Translations under genes and position numbers: made by a program | The notes under the pieces: generated by a model | The model's database searches: none | The model's input: the letters and a program-made list of their open reading frames with translations, nothing else | What the model was told of the DNA's origin: nothing | Shown: piece after piece, positions 36,320 to 47,732 of the stretch | Position numbering within the stretch: position 1 is the stretch's first letter | How the letters are laid out: each line of letters begins with the position of its first letter | Source: a virus | Taxonomy: Duplodnaviria; Caudoviricetes | Length of the DNA stretch: 64,000 nucleotides | IMG/VR virus record: IMGVR_UViG_3300028886_000036 | Span: 64,001 to 128,000 of that record | Strand: one strand, 5' to 3'

Positions 36320-38503
36320 TTGTTACCAAATATAGTATATAGCGGTTTTAGAAATGATAACGATTGGGATCGTGCTCAAACTAGAACATTAGATCCATAT
36401 TCTTTATTAAAATCCGATTCTTTAAATCAAATTAACACTATCTATGGAAATAATACCATACTTAAAGGTATGGAGATGAAGATTACACCCGATACAGAGA
36501 GTCAAATTTTTAATATAACTATAAAGCCTGGTTGTTGTATTAAAGATAAAGTATTGATACAGTTTAATAAAGATACTTCTATTCTTATAAATTATCGGGA
36601 AGAAAATTTTAGGGAGCTAGTTAAAGATAGCTCAATAATGATAGTTGTTAATTATAAGTATGAAAAAGTTGTACCAGCCCCAATAGCAAAAATAGAAGTT
36701 ATACAGGAAGATGATTATGATCCTGAAATTCATCTTGGTTTATGCCGTATATTCTTTGATTCAGAAGGAAACTACACAGATATAGTAAGACTTATAACTC
36801 CAAAAGATAACATACTCTATGAAGAAATTTTACAGGAAATAAACTCAACAGCATCTTCAGCAGTATACAATGTTTTAGGTGAGTTAGGTGCAGATGGCAT
36901 TGGAGAATTATTAGGCACTTACATTAGAGTTAAAGGCACAGCTATTTCTGGAGATTATCCAGATAAGAACTATTTCTTATGTGATTCTATTCCTAAAGTA
37001 GAAGCAGTTTTAAGTGATGAGTTAGGTACAGTTTGGAGAAACTCTTTACACATTATAACTACCTTTGAGGCTAATAATAAATACTACCATAACGATTATA
37101 TCTTAAAGTTAGATCCTAATACCTATAATGAAGAAACTCCGTCTTGGAATGTGTATACTCAAGTTTTAAATACAGATACTAAAGTAAATTCTTATTTACC
37201 ATATTCAGATATAATAGTGTATGAAGATAGAGAGAGATATTATGTTTATGCTTGGTTTAAAGGAACTATTTATGGTTCTATAGAAGTTTATGAAACTGAG
37301 TTTAATTCTGATCAAGTAATAGTTAAGAATATTTCAAAAGAAGAACCCAATGAATCAGTTATGACAGAAGTATTAAAAGTATCAGATCGTCTTACTCCAC
37401 ATGCTATTATTAAAGCTAGTTTTAATAATAATAAGACTACTAGAACTAACACTACTACATTAGATTTAGATGAAACTACTACTAGAGATGATGCTACTAT
37501 GAGAAATGCTAATAATATACCTAGTAGTTATCGAGTTATTAAAACTAATACTTATATTAATAATTGTTTAATCTGGAATGAAAGTAATGATGGAAGTGGT
37601 AGCGGATTAGATGCAGATTTATTAGATGGCAGAGAAGGTTCGTGGTATGCTTCTATGGATAACATTATAGATCTTGAAGTTAGAGTGCAAGAAAAATTAG
37701 ATGCTTTAACTGAAGAAGTGGCTGCAGTTAGAAAGATAGCTGAAGATGCTATTCCAAAAGCAGAAAAGCATAAGCCATCTGGAGTGGCTATTTTAACTAA
37801 TAGTGATGGCACATATTTAGATGATTATGAGCCGGATGTAGTTAAAGAATGGACTCCTGAAGAATTAGAAGAGCATACTAAAACAGATAGTGCTCCTACT
37901 GGTGGGGCTTTAGTAGGAAAAGTTGTTCCACAATCAGAGCTTTATATTTATAGAATGTTTGGGGACGAAACTCATCCAGAAAGTGTTGAGTTTACATATT
38001 CTAATAAGAATCCCACTGGAACTAATAGAATTAATTGTGAAGGTCACTTCCATGCTACAAAAGTTTATAACCCAGCCTATAAGGATATTGCAGAAGTTTT
38101 TGAAGCTAATCAGGATTGTTCAATGTCTAATTGCTTAAGAAAGATAATGTCATTAGATACATCATCTGGTTTACTTAGAAAATGTAGACCCACTGATTAT
38201 ACTGTAGTTGGAGTTTGCTCAGATACTTATGGGTATTTACTTGGTGCTTCGGAAACCGACATTACGCAATCTGGTCATTTATTGCCTATAGGATTAGCTG
38301 GAACTGTTTGGGTCGATATTGAAAATACATTAGAGCCAGATGTCAATTATTTAGGCTGCTTAATAGGTGTAGGGGACAACGGTAAAGGTAGAATAATGGC
38401 TAGAACTGATAAGAGATATTGTGTTGGTATGGTAGTTGAATGTAACCCAGATGAAAATTCAAAAAGAGTCAAGATTCTTTTAGGGAATCGTTGGACTGTT
38501 TAA
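36320..38503 (+). CDS. Baseplate/tail-fibre protein with a C-terminal chaperone-like domain
   Basis: WNESNDGSGSGLDADLLDG fibre motif; C-terminal ATKVYNPAYKDIAEVFE..VVGVCSD..PIGLAGTVWV. Confidence 0.7.
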   Translation: MLPNIVYSGFRNDNDWDRAQTRTLDPYSLLKSDSLNQINTIYGNNTILKGMEMKITPDTESQIFNITIKPGCCIKDKVLIQFNKDTSILINYREENFRELVKDSSIMIVVNYKYEKVVPAPIAKIEVIQEDDYDPEIHLGLCRIFFDSEGNYTDIVRLITPKDNILYEEILQEINSTASSAVYNVLGELGADGIGELLGTYIRVKGTAISGDYPDKNYFLCDSIPKVEAVLSDELGTVWRNSLHIITTFEANNKYYHNDYILKLDPNTYNEETPSWNVYTQVLNTDTKVNSYLPYSDIIVYEDRERYYVYAWFKGTIYGSIEVYETEFNSDQVIVKNISKEEPNESVMTEVLKVSDRLTPHAIIKASFNNNKTTRTNTTTLDLDETTTRDDATMRNANNIPSSYRVIKTNTYINNCLIWNESNDGSGSGLDADLLDGREGSWYASMDNIIDLEVRVQEKLDALTEEVAAVRKIAEDAIPKAEKHKPSGVAILTNSDGTYLDDYEPDVVKEWTPEELEEHTKTDSAPTGGALVGKVVPQSELYIYRMFGDETHPESVEFTYSNKNPTGTNRINCEGHFHATKVYNPAYKDIAEVFEANQDCSMSNCLRKIMSLDTSSGLLRKCRPTDYTVVGVCSDTYGYLLGASETDITQSGHLLPIGLAGTVWVDIENTLEPDVNYLGCLIGVGDNGKGRIMARTDKRYCVGMVVECNPDENSKRVKILLGNRWTV

Positions 38504-38520
38504 AAGGAGAGATATAAAAT

Positions 38521-39171
38521 ATGATTATCTATAGATCAATTGAAGATACAACTAAAACCATTCGCATGAGTGATCTTAAGAAAATGTATCCTAATATTTC
38601 ATTTCCAAAAGAAGTTACTAACGAACAGTTAGAGTTTTTAAATATACCTTATACTGCTGAAGAGTATGTTCCTCCTACTCCTCCAGAGCCTACTCTTGAA
38701 CAGATTAAAGCTGAAAAAGCTAGAGCAATTCAGAATAGATCAAATATTCTTATGGAGCAGATTAGTGATGGTTATACTGATGGTGAAATTAAAACATTTG
38801 AACAGCAGAACTTGGGAGCTTTAGACATTCTTAATGGTACTTATAATAGCGAGAATGCTATGTTTGTTATAGCTCTTCTTAAAAATAGGCTTGCAAAAGC
38901 AGATGTTACTAACGAAGAGATTGTAGCTTTTGCTAACAAGATTAGAACTAATTATACTAATGCATCTGCATATACTTCATTAGTGGTTGGAACACAGCAG
39001 CATCTTGAACTTCTTGTTAGAGAAGCTGAAACTAAAGAAGAGGTGGAGGCTATTGATGCTTATTTTACCCCAGTTGTTCCTGATGTTCCAGCTGCAGAAC
39101 CAGAAGAAGATGAAGACGAAATAGTGGAAGAAACAGATCCAGAGGATACTAACAAAGGGCCTACTGAATAA
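38521..39171 (+). CDS. Tail fibre assembly chaperone-like protein
   Basis: YPNISFP..PTLEQIKAEK..EIKTFEQQ..AETKEEVEAI pattern typical of fibre-associated chaperones. Confidence 0.6.
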   Translation: MIIYRSIEDTTKTIRMSDLKKMYPNISFPKEVTNEQLEFLNIPYTAEEYVPPTPPEPTLEQIKAEKARAIQNRSNILMEQISDGYTDGEIKTFEQQNLGALDILNGTYNSENAMFVIALLKNRLAKADVTNEEIVAFANKIRTNYTNASAYTSLVVGTQQHLELLVREAETKEEVEAIDAYFTPVVPDVPAAEPEEDEDEIVEETDPEDTNKGPTE

Positions 39172-39181
39172 TAAACTATAC

Positions 39182-39225
39182 AAGAAGAACACTGTGCTAG
39201 AAATAGTATAGTGTTCTTCTTTTTT
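39182..39225 (+). terminator. Rho-independent terminator
   Basis: AAGAAGAACACTGTGCTA-GAAA-TAGTATAGTGTTCTTCTT followed by a T-run. Confidence 0.85.
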
Positions 39226-39228
39226 ATT

Positions 39229-39245
39229 TGAACAAATATAGAGAA
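39229..39245 (+). promoter_or_regulatory. Candidate phage late-promoter motif TGAACAAATATAGAGAA
   Basis: Recurring motif right after a terminator. Confidence 0.6.
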
Positions 39246-39268
39246 TTTAAACAACAAAGAGGTGAATC

Positions 39269-39715
39269 TTGGTGCCCAGTATAAAAAAGACAGAAGAAGC
39301 ATTAGCTAAAGTAATTAAGGAATATATTATACCTAGCACTGCTGGCAATGCTGGTAAAGTATTATCTACATTAGATGGAACAACACTCTCGTGGGAGGGT
39401 GTTGATAATATTTTACCCACTCAATCTTCTGAAACTGAAAATAAGATATTAGTGAGCGATGGAGCTAATGTTTCTTGGAAGGCTATCAAAATGAAGCACT
39501 TTACTATTTATGCTGAAGCTAACCAAACAACCATCCCAACCAGTTCTTACAATATAAATGCATTTATGCAACTAGATGTTTTTAAGGATGGTATTAAGTT
39601 AATTGAGGGATCTGAAAATGATTACACCTATAACACTACTACTAAGGCAATTACATTAACTACACCATTACTTGATACAGACATTATAATGCTTGCATAT
39701 TTAGTTTTTGAATAA
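39269..39715 (+). CDS. Small tail-associated protein
   Basis: PSTAGNAGKVLSTLDGTTLSW repeats and a VFKDGIKL..DYTY..ITLT beta-domain shared with fibre proteins. Confidence 0.7.
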   Translation: MVPSIKKTEEALAKVIKEYIIPSTAGNAGKVLSTLDGTTLSWEGVDNILPTQSSETENKILVSDGANVSWKAIKMKHFTIYAEANQTTIPTSSYNINAFMQLDVFKDGIKLIEGSENDYTYNTTTKAITLTTPLLDTDIIMLAYLVFE

Positions 39716-39730
39716 AGGAGGCGATGATAT

Positions 39731-42700
39731 TTGTCAACAATTTTAAGACACACTTTAGATGACACTGCAATCACTAAAGAGTTTCATGAAAGAATATTAA
39801 CTATAGATGATACTTGTGATTCTGCTGAAGTTAATAAAATTCCTGTAGCTAATCAGCATGGATATCTTGATAGAAGCTGGTTACAAGATTATAACAGTTT
39901 TAAAATTAGAGATCTTCAAACTGTTGTTAATGATTATGTTACTGATTTAGACGATATTGAATATGTTCATTTAATAAATTTGGGTAGTAGAATAAGTGTT
40001 CAATTAACCTCACCAGATGAAATTGATGAGAGTTTACCATATAGAAAAGCTTTAATCTATAGATTTGTAGTTAAAAGTAATTCAGATGATTATACTATTA
40101 CTTGGACTTCTAATAAGCCTAATTATAATATAGTTTGGAATACTTATTCAGAGTCAGCACCAGAGTTAGATGCTAATGGAACTTACTTTGAGTTTATAAG
40201 TACTGATAATGGCTTAACTTGGTACGGAACCAGCTCTAATATGACTGACTATGATATTCACGATTATTATAACAAAACTACATCTGATGATAGATTTGTT
40301 CACTATACTGATACAGAATTATTAGTACCAGATATGACTAATATGGCTGGTAAATATCTTGTTAATAATGGATTAGAGTCATATTGGGCAGATTATAAAA
40401 AGTTAATATATGTTAGTTATCCAAGTACTGATGTAACATCAATAACAGTTCCGCAAGAATATATTCAAGATGCTACTATTACAGATATTTTTAGAAATGG
40501 AGTCTTATTAACTGAATCTGATGACTATGCTAAAAATAATTCTACTGGTGTAATAACATTTACAGATATAATACGGGCTGGTGAAAAGATTTCTGTATTT
40601 ACAGAGACTAGTGTTAAAGCACATTCTTATAGCGCATTTAACAATCTTGAATTAACTAATAGTACTGCAGATACTCCAGATACATCTGATAATAGTGACA
40701 AGATCGCCACTACAGCATATGTTAATAATAAACTAGCCGAATATAATTTAAGTAGTACTTTGGCATCTTTAGATTCTCCAGCGTTTAATGGAATACCTAC
40801 TGCTCCAACTGCTGCTGCGGGTACAAATACTAACCAAATTGCTACTACAGAGTTTGTAAATACTGCTATAACAAATAATACAACAACTACTACAACTGCT
40901 ATAAACAACGCTATTAATAATTTAAAAGATAATGCGCCTTCTGATTTAGATACTTTAGGGAAAATTGCTACTGCTATTGATAATGATCCAAATTTCTCAA
41001 TCAATATTCATAATGAATTAGATAACAAATTAAATACTAGCATTTCAGAAGTTGGAGAAGGTAATGGAGTAGCCAATGTTTCTGAAGAAAACGGAAGTTT
41101 AATTATCACTAAAGTTAATTTTAGTTTAGCTGATCATGATCATGGAGATGCATATTTAGCAGCTACTCCTAATGTAGGATCTGGTGTTACCCCAATTTAT
41201 ACTGATGAAAGCGGACAGCTCGTTGCTTCTTCATCTACAGTTGGAGATTCTCAAACTCCAGTATATTTACAAGATGGTGTTTTAACAGCTGTTAGTGCAA
41301 GTATAAGTTTAGCAAATCACAATCACGATGATCTTTATACACCATTATCTGAAAATGTTGGGTCTAATATAAAGCATATTTATTCCAATGAGAATGGTCA
41401 ACTTGTTGAATCAGATGCTACTGTTGGAGATAATTTAACTCCTGTATATCTTGATAATGGTGAATTAAAAGTTATTTCTGGGAGCGTAAGTTTATCAAAT
41501 CATGACCACGATAACAAATATGCGCCACTTTCATTAAATGCTGGTTCTAATATAAAACATATTTATTCTGACGAAGAAGGGCATTTCCTAGAATCAGATG
41601 CTACTGTTGGTGACGAATTAACCCCAGTATATTTAAATAATGGAGAAATAACTGCAATTTCAGGTAGTGTAAGTTTATCCAATCATAATCACGACGATAG
41701 GTATACTCCGTTAGCTTCAGATGTAGGATCTGGAATCAATCCAATCTATACTGATGAGTTTGGTGGATTAATTAGATCTACTGCTACTGTTGGAGATGAT
41801 GTGACTCCTGTTTATTTAAACAACGGAGAAATAACTGCTTTCCCAGTTAGTGTAAGCTTATCTACACACGATCATGATGATAGATATGTTGCAATTAGAA
41901 CCAATGTTGGTTCTAACACTACACCGGTTTTCTTAAATGGAAATGGAGTAATAACTGCATCCTCTGCTTCGATAGGAAATAATTCAGTTCCTGTATATAT
42001 GGATAGTGGAAGTATTACAGCTTTTACTGAAAGTATAGGTAATGAAACCACTCCTGTATTTATTGATTCAGGAATAATTACAGCCTTCTATGCTGATATA
42101 GGAGATAATGATACTCCAGTATATATTGATGATGGATCTATAGTTAGTACAGGTAAGCACTTTAGCGATTACCTCCCATTAACTGGTGGAGAAGTTACTG
42201 GTACCTTAACATTAACTAATGAAACCTTACCATTAGTAATAGGAGAATCTTTGGCTGAAGATCACCTTGAAATAACTTCATCATCTATTCAAGCAAAAAC
42301 CGGAGATGTTGAATCTGATATATCAATAAACCCCGATGGTGGGGCTGTTACATTTGGTAATAGTGAAACAGGGACTGTTGTTATAAATAATGGAACAATT
42401 CATGCTGACAACATAGTCGGTGAAATAACAGGAGTTATTGATAGAGCTAATAAAGACAGTAATGGGGACATTATTGTAAATACGTATGCTCATTTGGATT
42501 CACCCGATTTAGTTGGAACACCAACTGCACCTACTGCAGAATCTGGCGATAACTCTAATACAATAGCTACTACTGCTTATGTAGATAATGCTATTTCAGA
42601 ATTAATAGATTCATCGCCAAATGCATTAAATACTTTAAATGAGCTTGCTTCAGCATTAAATAACGATTCTAACTTTGCTACTAATGTTTTTAACGCTATT

Positions 42701-45055
42701 AATAATAAAGCAGATAAATTCTCGGACGATATAAGGTTAATAGATACAACGCCTAATACTGGTTTAGATGAAACATTTACCGGAGAACGTTATGATAATA
42801 ATATTAGAGGTTATGCTGTTGATTCAACTAATCTAATTGGTACTATAAGATTTAGATCTAATGCCAATGCTGATGGAGATATAGTTAAATTTATAAGAAT
42901 GTATGTTGGCGATAGTTCTATTTCGGTTAATTCTAGATATGATCACGAAACAGAAACTACAACATATTATACAGAAACTCAAACTCCTGATTTATCAGAT
43001 AATAGTACTAAAATAGCTACTACTGAATTTGTTAAATCAGTAACAAACAATATATTACCAGATCAAACTAACAATGCTAATAAATATCTTACTACTGATG
43101 GTACAACTGCTTCTTGGGCAAGTGTTGATGCTTTGCCGTCTCAATCTGGAAATGCAGGTAAGTATTTAGTTACTAACGGTACAACTGCTTCTTGGGAGGA
43201 TATTACTAATACTGAAGTTAAGATTAGTTCTATACATTATCCTTCAGAAGGAGAAACTACAATTACCTTAACTGGCTCAGATGTACTTCCAAGTGATGTC
43301 AGTAAGTATGCTATAGCAGTATATAGAGATGGCATATATCTTAATCCAACTATTGATTATAATTTTAATCATAATACTAATGTACTAACTTTTACTGTTC
43401 CGTTTGAAATAGACGAGATAGTAACTGTAATATTCTCTTACATTAGTTCTGATACACAGGCTTCGTTAGATCTTGATATAGATGAATATGAGGCCGGAGA
43501 TAATATTACTTTTGTCAATAATCCTACTACTGGTAAAGTTACAATTAATGCAGCAGCAAGCACTGCAACTGATTCAACTAAATTAGGTGGAGTTGAAGCA
43601 TCTAATTATGCATTATTAAGTTCACCTGAATTAACAGGAACACCTACGGCTCCAACTGCTGCTGCAGGCACTAGTACTACGCAGATAGCCACAACAGCAT
43701 TTGTTACTGGTGCTATTTCAGATTTAGTTAGTGGCGCTCCTTCCACATTAGACACTCTGAAAGAAATTGCTGATGTATTAAATGATAGTAGTACTGGTAT
43801 AGGTGCAATTAATACCGCATTAGAAGGCAAACTTAATACAAATATCACTACGACCGGATCTGGTAATGCTATTACTGCAATTACTGATTCTAATGGCAAT
43901 ATTACTGCAACTAAAGGAAGTACTTTTAGTTTAAGTACACATAATCATACAGGAACATACTTACCCTTAAATAACGGTATTTCTGAAGGAAATTATATAG
44001 CTTTTAAAGGTAGTCATGAAGAAGGAGTAGCTCCTAGTGCTACCATAGAAAAGTATATTACTTTTAGAGATGCCAATAGCCATAATATGGGGTCTTTGTA
44101 TTTTACTTATAATACAGATATGTCCTCATCAATGGCATTAAGAGCGTATAAAACTACTATAGCAAATGATGCCGGCAAGCAAGGACAGTTAGGAATAGGA
44201 TGGACTGCTGATAATAAAGTCTACACAGTAGCGCCTACTCCTGCAACTTCTGATAATAGCACACAGATAGCTACTACAGCGTTTGTTAAAGCTCAAGGAT
44301 ATACAACCGCTTCTGGACATAATCATGATAGTGCTTATACAGCTAAAGCAGAGTCAAAAGGTTCAGCCACGCAAGGCATTTATACTGATAGTAATGGAGC
44401 CATCCAAGCTATGACTTATTCTTTGAATAAGACAGTTCCATCTGATGCCATATTTACGGATACTAATACTAAAGTTAACGTTACTCTTGGAACTACTACT
44501 AAAGCTTATTTACTTGGTACTTCAACTACCCCTACAAGTACTGCTGCCGGGGTTACTGCAATTTCAGACACAGGAGTATATTTAGATACTACTGCTGGTA
44601 TGTTAACTGCTACAACATTTAAAGGAAATTTAAGTGGTAATTTAACTGCAACAGCACCTACAGCTCCTACAGCAACAACTACTACTAACAACACTCAGAT
44701 AGCTACAACTGCTTATGTTAATAATAGATTTGCTAATTCTACAGAAAATGTTAAAGCCTTAACTTCTGCTGCAACAATTGCTATTAACCCAACAGAGAGT
44801 AGCTTATTTACATTAACATTATCTAGGAATGCTACTATTAATATATCAACAATTTCTAATGGATACTATACTACTAATGGTGCAGTAATTACATTATTTA
44901 TGCCAGCACATAATTATACTATCTCGTGGGGATCTAGTATTTCTTGGGTAGAAGGTAGTGCACCTGATTTAAGTGAAGGATATAATATAATAACATTTGC
45001 TTCACCAAATGGCGGTACAACTTGGTATGGTAGTGCCCTTTCAGTTAGTTCATAA
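39731..45055 (+). CDS. Long tail fibre protein
   Basis: SPAFNGIPTAPTA..TNQIATTEFV and APSDLDTLGKIATAI motifs; HxH repeats. Confidence 0.88.
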   Translation: MSTILRHTLDDTAITKEFHERILTIDDTCDSAEVNKIPVANQHGYLDRSWLQDYNSFKIRDLQTVVNDYVTDLDDIEYVHLINLGSRISVQLTSPDEIDESLPYRKALIYRFVVKSNSDDYTITWTSNKPNYNIVWNTYSESAPELDANGTYFEFISTDNGLTWYGTSSNMTDYDIHDYYNKTTSDDRFVHYTDTELLVPDMTNMAGKYLVNNGLESYWADYKKLIYVSYPSTDVTSITVPQEYIQDATITDIFRNGVLLTESDDYAKNNSTGVITFTDIIRAGEKISVFTETSVKAHSYSAFNNLELTNSTADTPDTSDNSDKIATTAYVNNKLAEYNLSSTLASLDSPAFNGIPTAPTAAAGTNTNQIATTEFVNTAITNNTTTTTTAINNAINNLKDNAPSDLDTLGKIATAIDNDPNFSINIHNELDNKLNTSISEVGEGNGVANVSEENGSLIITKVNFSLADHDHGDAYLAATPNVGSGVTPIYTDESGQLVASSSTVGDSQTPVYLQDGVLTAVSASISLANHNHDDLYTPLSENVGSNIKHIYSNENGQLVESDATVGDNLTPVYLDNGELKVISGSVSLSNHDHDNKYAPLSLNAGSNIKHIYSDEEGHFLESDATVGDELTPVYLNNGEITAISGSVSLSNHNHDDRYTPLASDVGSGINPIYTDEFGGLIRSTATVGDDVTPVYLNNGEITAFPVSVSLSTHDHDDRYVAIRTNVGSNTTPVFLNGNGVITASSASIGNNSVPVYMDSGSITAFTESIGNETTPVFIDSGIITAFYADIGDNDTPVYIDDGSIVSTGKHFSDYLPLTGGEVTGTLTLTNETLPLVIGESLAEDHLEITSSSIQAKTGDVESDISINPDGGAVTFGNSETGTVVINNGTIHADNIVGEITGVIDRANKDSNGDIIVNTYAHLDSPDLVGTPTAPTAESGDNSNTIATTAYVDNAISELIDSSPNALNTLNELASALNNDSNFATNVFNAINNKADKFSDDIRLIDTTPNTGLDETFTGERYDNNIRGYAVDSTNLIGTIRFRSNANADGDIVKFIRMYVGDSSISVNSRYDHETETTTYYTETQTPDLSDNSTKIATTEFVKSVTNNILPDQTNNANKYLTTDGTTASWASVDALPSQSGNAGKYLVTNGTTASWEDITNTEVKISSIHYPSEGETTITLTGSDVLPSDVSKYAIAVYRDGIYLNPTIDYNFNHNTNVLTFTVPFEIDEIVTVIFSYISSDTQASLDLDIDEYEAGDNITFVNNPTTGKVTINAAASTATDSTKLGGVEASNYALLSSPELTGTPTAPTAAAGTSTTQIATTAFVTGAISDLVSGAPSTLDTLKEIADVLNDSSTGIGAINTALEGKLNTNITTTGSGNAITAITDSNGNITATKGSTFSLSTHNHTGTYLPLNNGISEGNYIAFKGSHEEGVAPSATIEKYITFRDANSHNMGSLYFTYNTDMSSSMALRAYKTTIANDAGKQGQLGIGWTADNKVYTVAPTPATSDNSTQIATTAFVKAQGYTTASGHNHDSAYTAKAESKGSATQGIYTDSNGAIQAMTYSLNKTVPSDAIFTDTNTKVNVTLGTTTKAYLLGTSTTPTSTAAGVTAISDTGVYLDTTAGMLTATTFKGNLSGNLTATAPTAPTATTTTNNTQIATTAYVNNRFANSTENVKALTSAATIAINPTESSLFTLTLSRNATINISTISNGYYTTNGAVITLFMPAHNYTISWGSSISWVEGSAPDLSEGYNIITFASPNGGTTWYGSALSVSS
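41110..42150 (+). repeat. Tandem ~60 aa His-containing repeats decaying into ~19 aa units within the fibre
   Basis: About five SLxxHxHDDxY..NVGS..IY.DE.G....ATVGD..TPVYL.NG units, then shorter IGN..TPVxID.G units; boundaries approximate. Confidence 0.75.
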
Positions 45056-45069
45056 GGGAGGTGAATAGA

Positions 45070-47709
45070 TTGGCTGATACTAATAAAACTAGAGTAACTA
45101 TTGAAATGATTAGTCCGACTATTTTATCCAAGGCAGAAATTGAAAGTTTATATGCTCCATTAATTTCTCCGGCATTATCTGGAACGCCAACTATTTCTAC
45201 AACTCCTGATAAGACAGATAATAGTCATAAAATAGCAGATACTGCATATGTTAAAAATAATTTAGCCGATTACTTACCATTAACTGGTGGAACTATTTCT
45301 AACAGTGGTGCCGTTAACGGATTAACAATCTATAGTCCAAAGAATAATTATGCTTTAAGATTTTCAAATGATGTAGATAAAGGAACTGCTCCTAGTTCTA
45401 ATAAGATACATGGAATAGAATTCTATGGATCAGACACTTCTGCAACTAATAAAAGATTATCCAATATAGATGCTGGTGTAACTACAGAAAATGCAAGTTA
45501 CATTACAATGGCAGCATATGGATGTAAAACTTCTACAGATACTACTAGATCTGTTATTGGGGCGTATGTAGATGCTAATGATAATATATACACATCTGCT
45601 CCAACTCCAGATACCAATGATAATAGTACTAAGATTGCTACTACAGCGTATACTAGAAAATATGCTGCAGCAACCTATCTACCCTTAACTGGTGGTACTA
45701 TAACAGGAAATATAGTCTATAAAAATGCTAATATAACCAGAGGAACAGCTCCTTCAGCATTAACTTATCATGATTTTGCATTTAAAGATTCAAATAATGA
45801 ATATATTGGATTACTTCGTACTGAATATGATACCAATAAATCATCTTTAGTTAGTTTAAAAACTTTTAATACAACAGTATCTGGTACTAGTAATAATATT
45901 GCTAGATTAGGAATCGGATGTGATGCTTCTGGGAATGCTTATACAGTTGCGCCTACTCCGGCTACAAATGATAACTCTACTAAAATAGCTACTACAGCAT
46001 ATACTAGAAGTTATACAAGTGCTACTTATTTACCATTGACAGGCGGAAATGTTTCTGGCAATATAAATAGAACGCATACTTATACAATAGGAACTGCACC
46101 TAGCTCAACTCAAGAATCAAAATATAGTTTTTTAGATTCAACTGGGCTTAATATGGGGACTGTTTATTTTACTTATAATACTGATAAATCGTCATTAATA
46201 TCTTTAAGAGCCTATAATACTACTACTAAAAATAGTAATGGTAACATTGGAATGCTAGGTATTGGAAGTAACTCTTCAGGAGCGGTGTATACTATAGCCC
46301 CTACCCCAGCTACAGCAGATAATAGTACTAAAATTGCTACTACTGCATATGTTAAAAGTAACTTAAATAGTTATTTACCATTAAGTGGTGGAGTTTTAAC
46401 TGGAGCTCTTCAGTGTAAAACTACTTATACTAATGGATCTGGAACAACATATACCAGTCCATTAATTCAATTTAACTCTTGCAATGCTAGTTATGGTAAT
46501 AATGTTGCTTTTGGTGGGTTAAGTAATACTATTGTTGGATCTGGCGAATCAGTAAATAGCCAGTTAACAGCTTTAGCTGGAGTTGAGGCAGAACAACTAT
46601 ATTTAGTTTCAGATTCAGTAATTAATTTCAAGGTTAATTGTAATACTTGGGCTAATGCTAAAACAATTACACTCAATACTAACGGGGAATTATCAGGATT
46701 AACCAAAGTAACTTCAACTAGCTTTGTAGGAACTCTAACTGGAAATTGCTCAGGAACATCTGCAAATGTAACTGGTACTGTTGCAATAGCTCATGGTGGA
46801 ACTGGAGCCACTACTAGATTAGAAGCTGTTAAAGCGTTAACCAATGAAAATGTTGGGACTGCGGCTACTCATTTCCTGACAATCACTACATCTTGGGGCA
46901 AGGCAGGATATAGTACAGTTGCTAATGTCAAGTCTATTTTAGGATTAGGAAGTGCCGCTTATACAGCTAGTACAGCTTATGCAGCTAGTAATCATAATCA
47001 TGACTCTACTTATCTGAAATTATCTGGTGGAACTATGACAGGTCAGTTGGTAATTAATAAAAATACAGGTCTTTCTGCTACAGCAGCAAATGCGTGCGCT
47101 TTAGTTATTGGTGGTACTCAAACTGCAGCCCATATAGAGATAGATCCTAATGAGATACAGGCTAAATCTAATGGTACTACTGCTACTGCATTATATCTTA
47201 ACAATGGTGGTGGAACAGTATATTTATCTAACGGAACAGCTATTTCAGCAGCTAATGGTACATTTACAGCAACTAAAATAGTTGGAGCTTATTATGCTGA
47301 CTATGCCGAATGGTTCCCTCGTGGCGAGGAAACAGAACCCGGTGATGTTATTGTATTAGATTTAGATTCTGATAAAGAACAATATATTAAATCTAGTAAA
47401 GATAATAAAAAGGTTGTTGGTGTTCATTCTGATAATTATAGCCATATAATAGGTGGTGAGCAAGCTCCTGAAGGAATTGATCACAAAGAATATAATGAGC
47501 CAAAGTATATTCCAGTAGCTTTATGTGGTAGAATTGAAACTAAATTTATAGGCGCAGCTAAAAAGGGAGATTATGTTGTTCCTTCTGATATACCTGGCGT
47601 AGCTAGAAGTTATAAAGAAACGGATAATCCTTTATCTGTATTTGGTATGCTGGTTGAAGAAGATAATTTAGTTGATACAATAAGAAGGTTAAAGGTTAAA
47701 TTAAAATAA
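45070..47709 (+). CDS. Tail fibre with a C-terminal intramolecular chaperone-like domain (TTG start 45070)
   Basis: SD GGAGGTG; three GTAPS..APTPxTxDNSTKIATTAY modules; C-terminal YYADYAEWFPR..PGDVI..VVGVHSD..PVALCGR. Confidence 0.85.
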   Translation: MADTNKTRVTIEMISPTILSKAEIESLYAPLISPALSGTPTISTTPDKTDNSHKIADTAYVKNNLADYLPLTGGTISNSGAVNGLTIYSPKNNYALRFSNDVDKGTAPSSNKIHGIEFYGSDTSATNKRLSNIDAGVTTENASYITMAAYGCKTSTDTTRSVIGAYVDANDNIYTSAPTPDTNDNSTKIATTAYTRKYAAATYLPLTGGTITGNIVYKNANITRGTAPSALTYHDFAFKDSNNEYIGLLRTEYDTNKSSLVSLKTFNTTVSGTSNNIARLGIGCDASGNAYTVAPTPATNDNSTKIATTAYTRSYTSATYLPLTGGNVSGNINRTHTYTIGTAPSSTQESKYSFLDSTGLNMGTVYFTYNTDKSSLISLRAYNTTTKNSNGNIGMLGIGSNSSGAVYTIAPTPATADNSTKIATTAYVKSNLNSYLPLSGGVLTGALQCKTTYTNGSGTTYTSPLIQFNSCNASYGNNVAFGGLSNTIVGSGESVNSQLTALAGVEAEQLYLVSDSVINFKVNCNTWANAKTITLNTNGELSGLTKVTSTSFVGTLTGNCSGTSANVTGTVAIAHGGTGATTRLEAVKALTNENVGTAATHFLTITTSWGKAGYSTVANVKSILGLGSAAYTASTAYAASNHNHDSTYLKLSGGTMTGQLVINKNTGLSATAANACALVIGGTQTAAHIEIDPNEIQAKSNGTTATALYLNNGGGTVYLSNGTAISAANGTFTATKIVGAYYADYAEWFPRGEETEPGDVIVLDLDSDKEQYIKSSKDNKKVVGVHSDNYSHIIGGEQAPEGIDHKEYNEPKYIPVALCGRIETKFIGAAKKGDYVVPSDIPGVARSYKETDNPLSVFGMLVEEDNLVDTIRRLKVKLK

Positions 47710-47732
47710 TAGAAAGCGAGTGACATTTCACT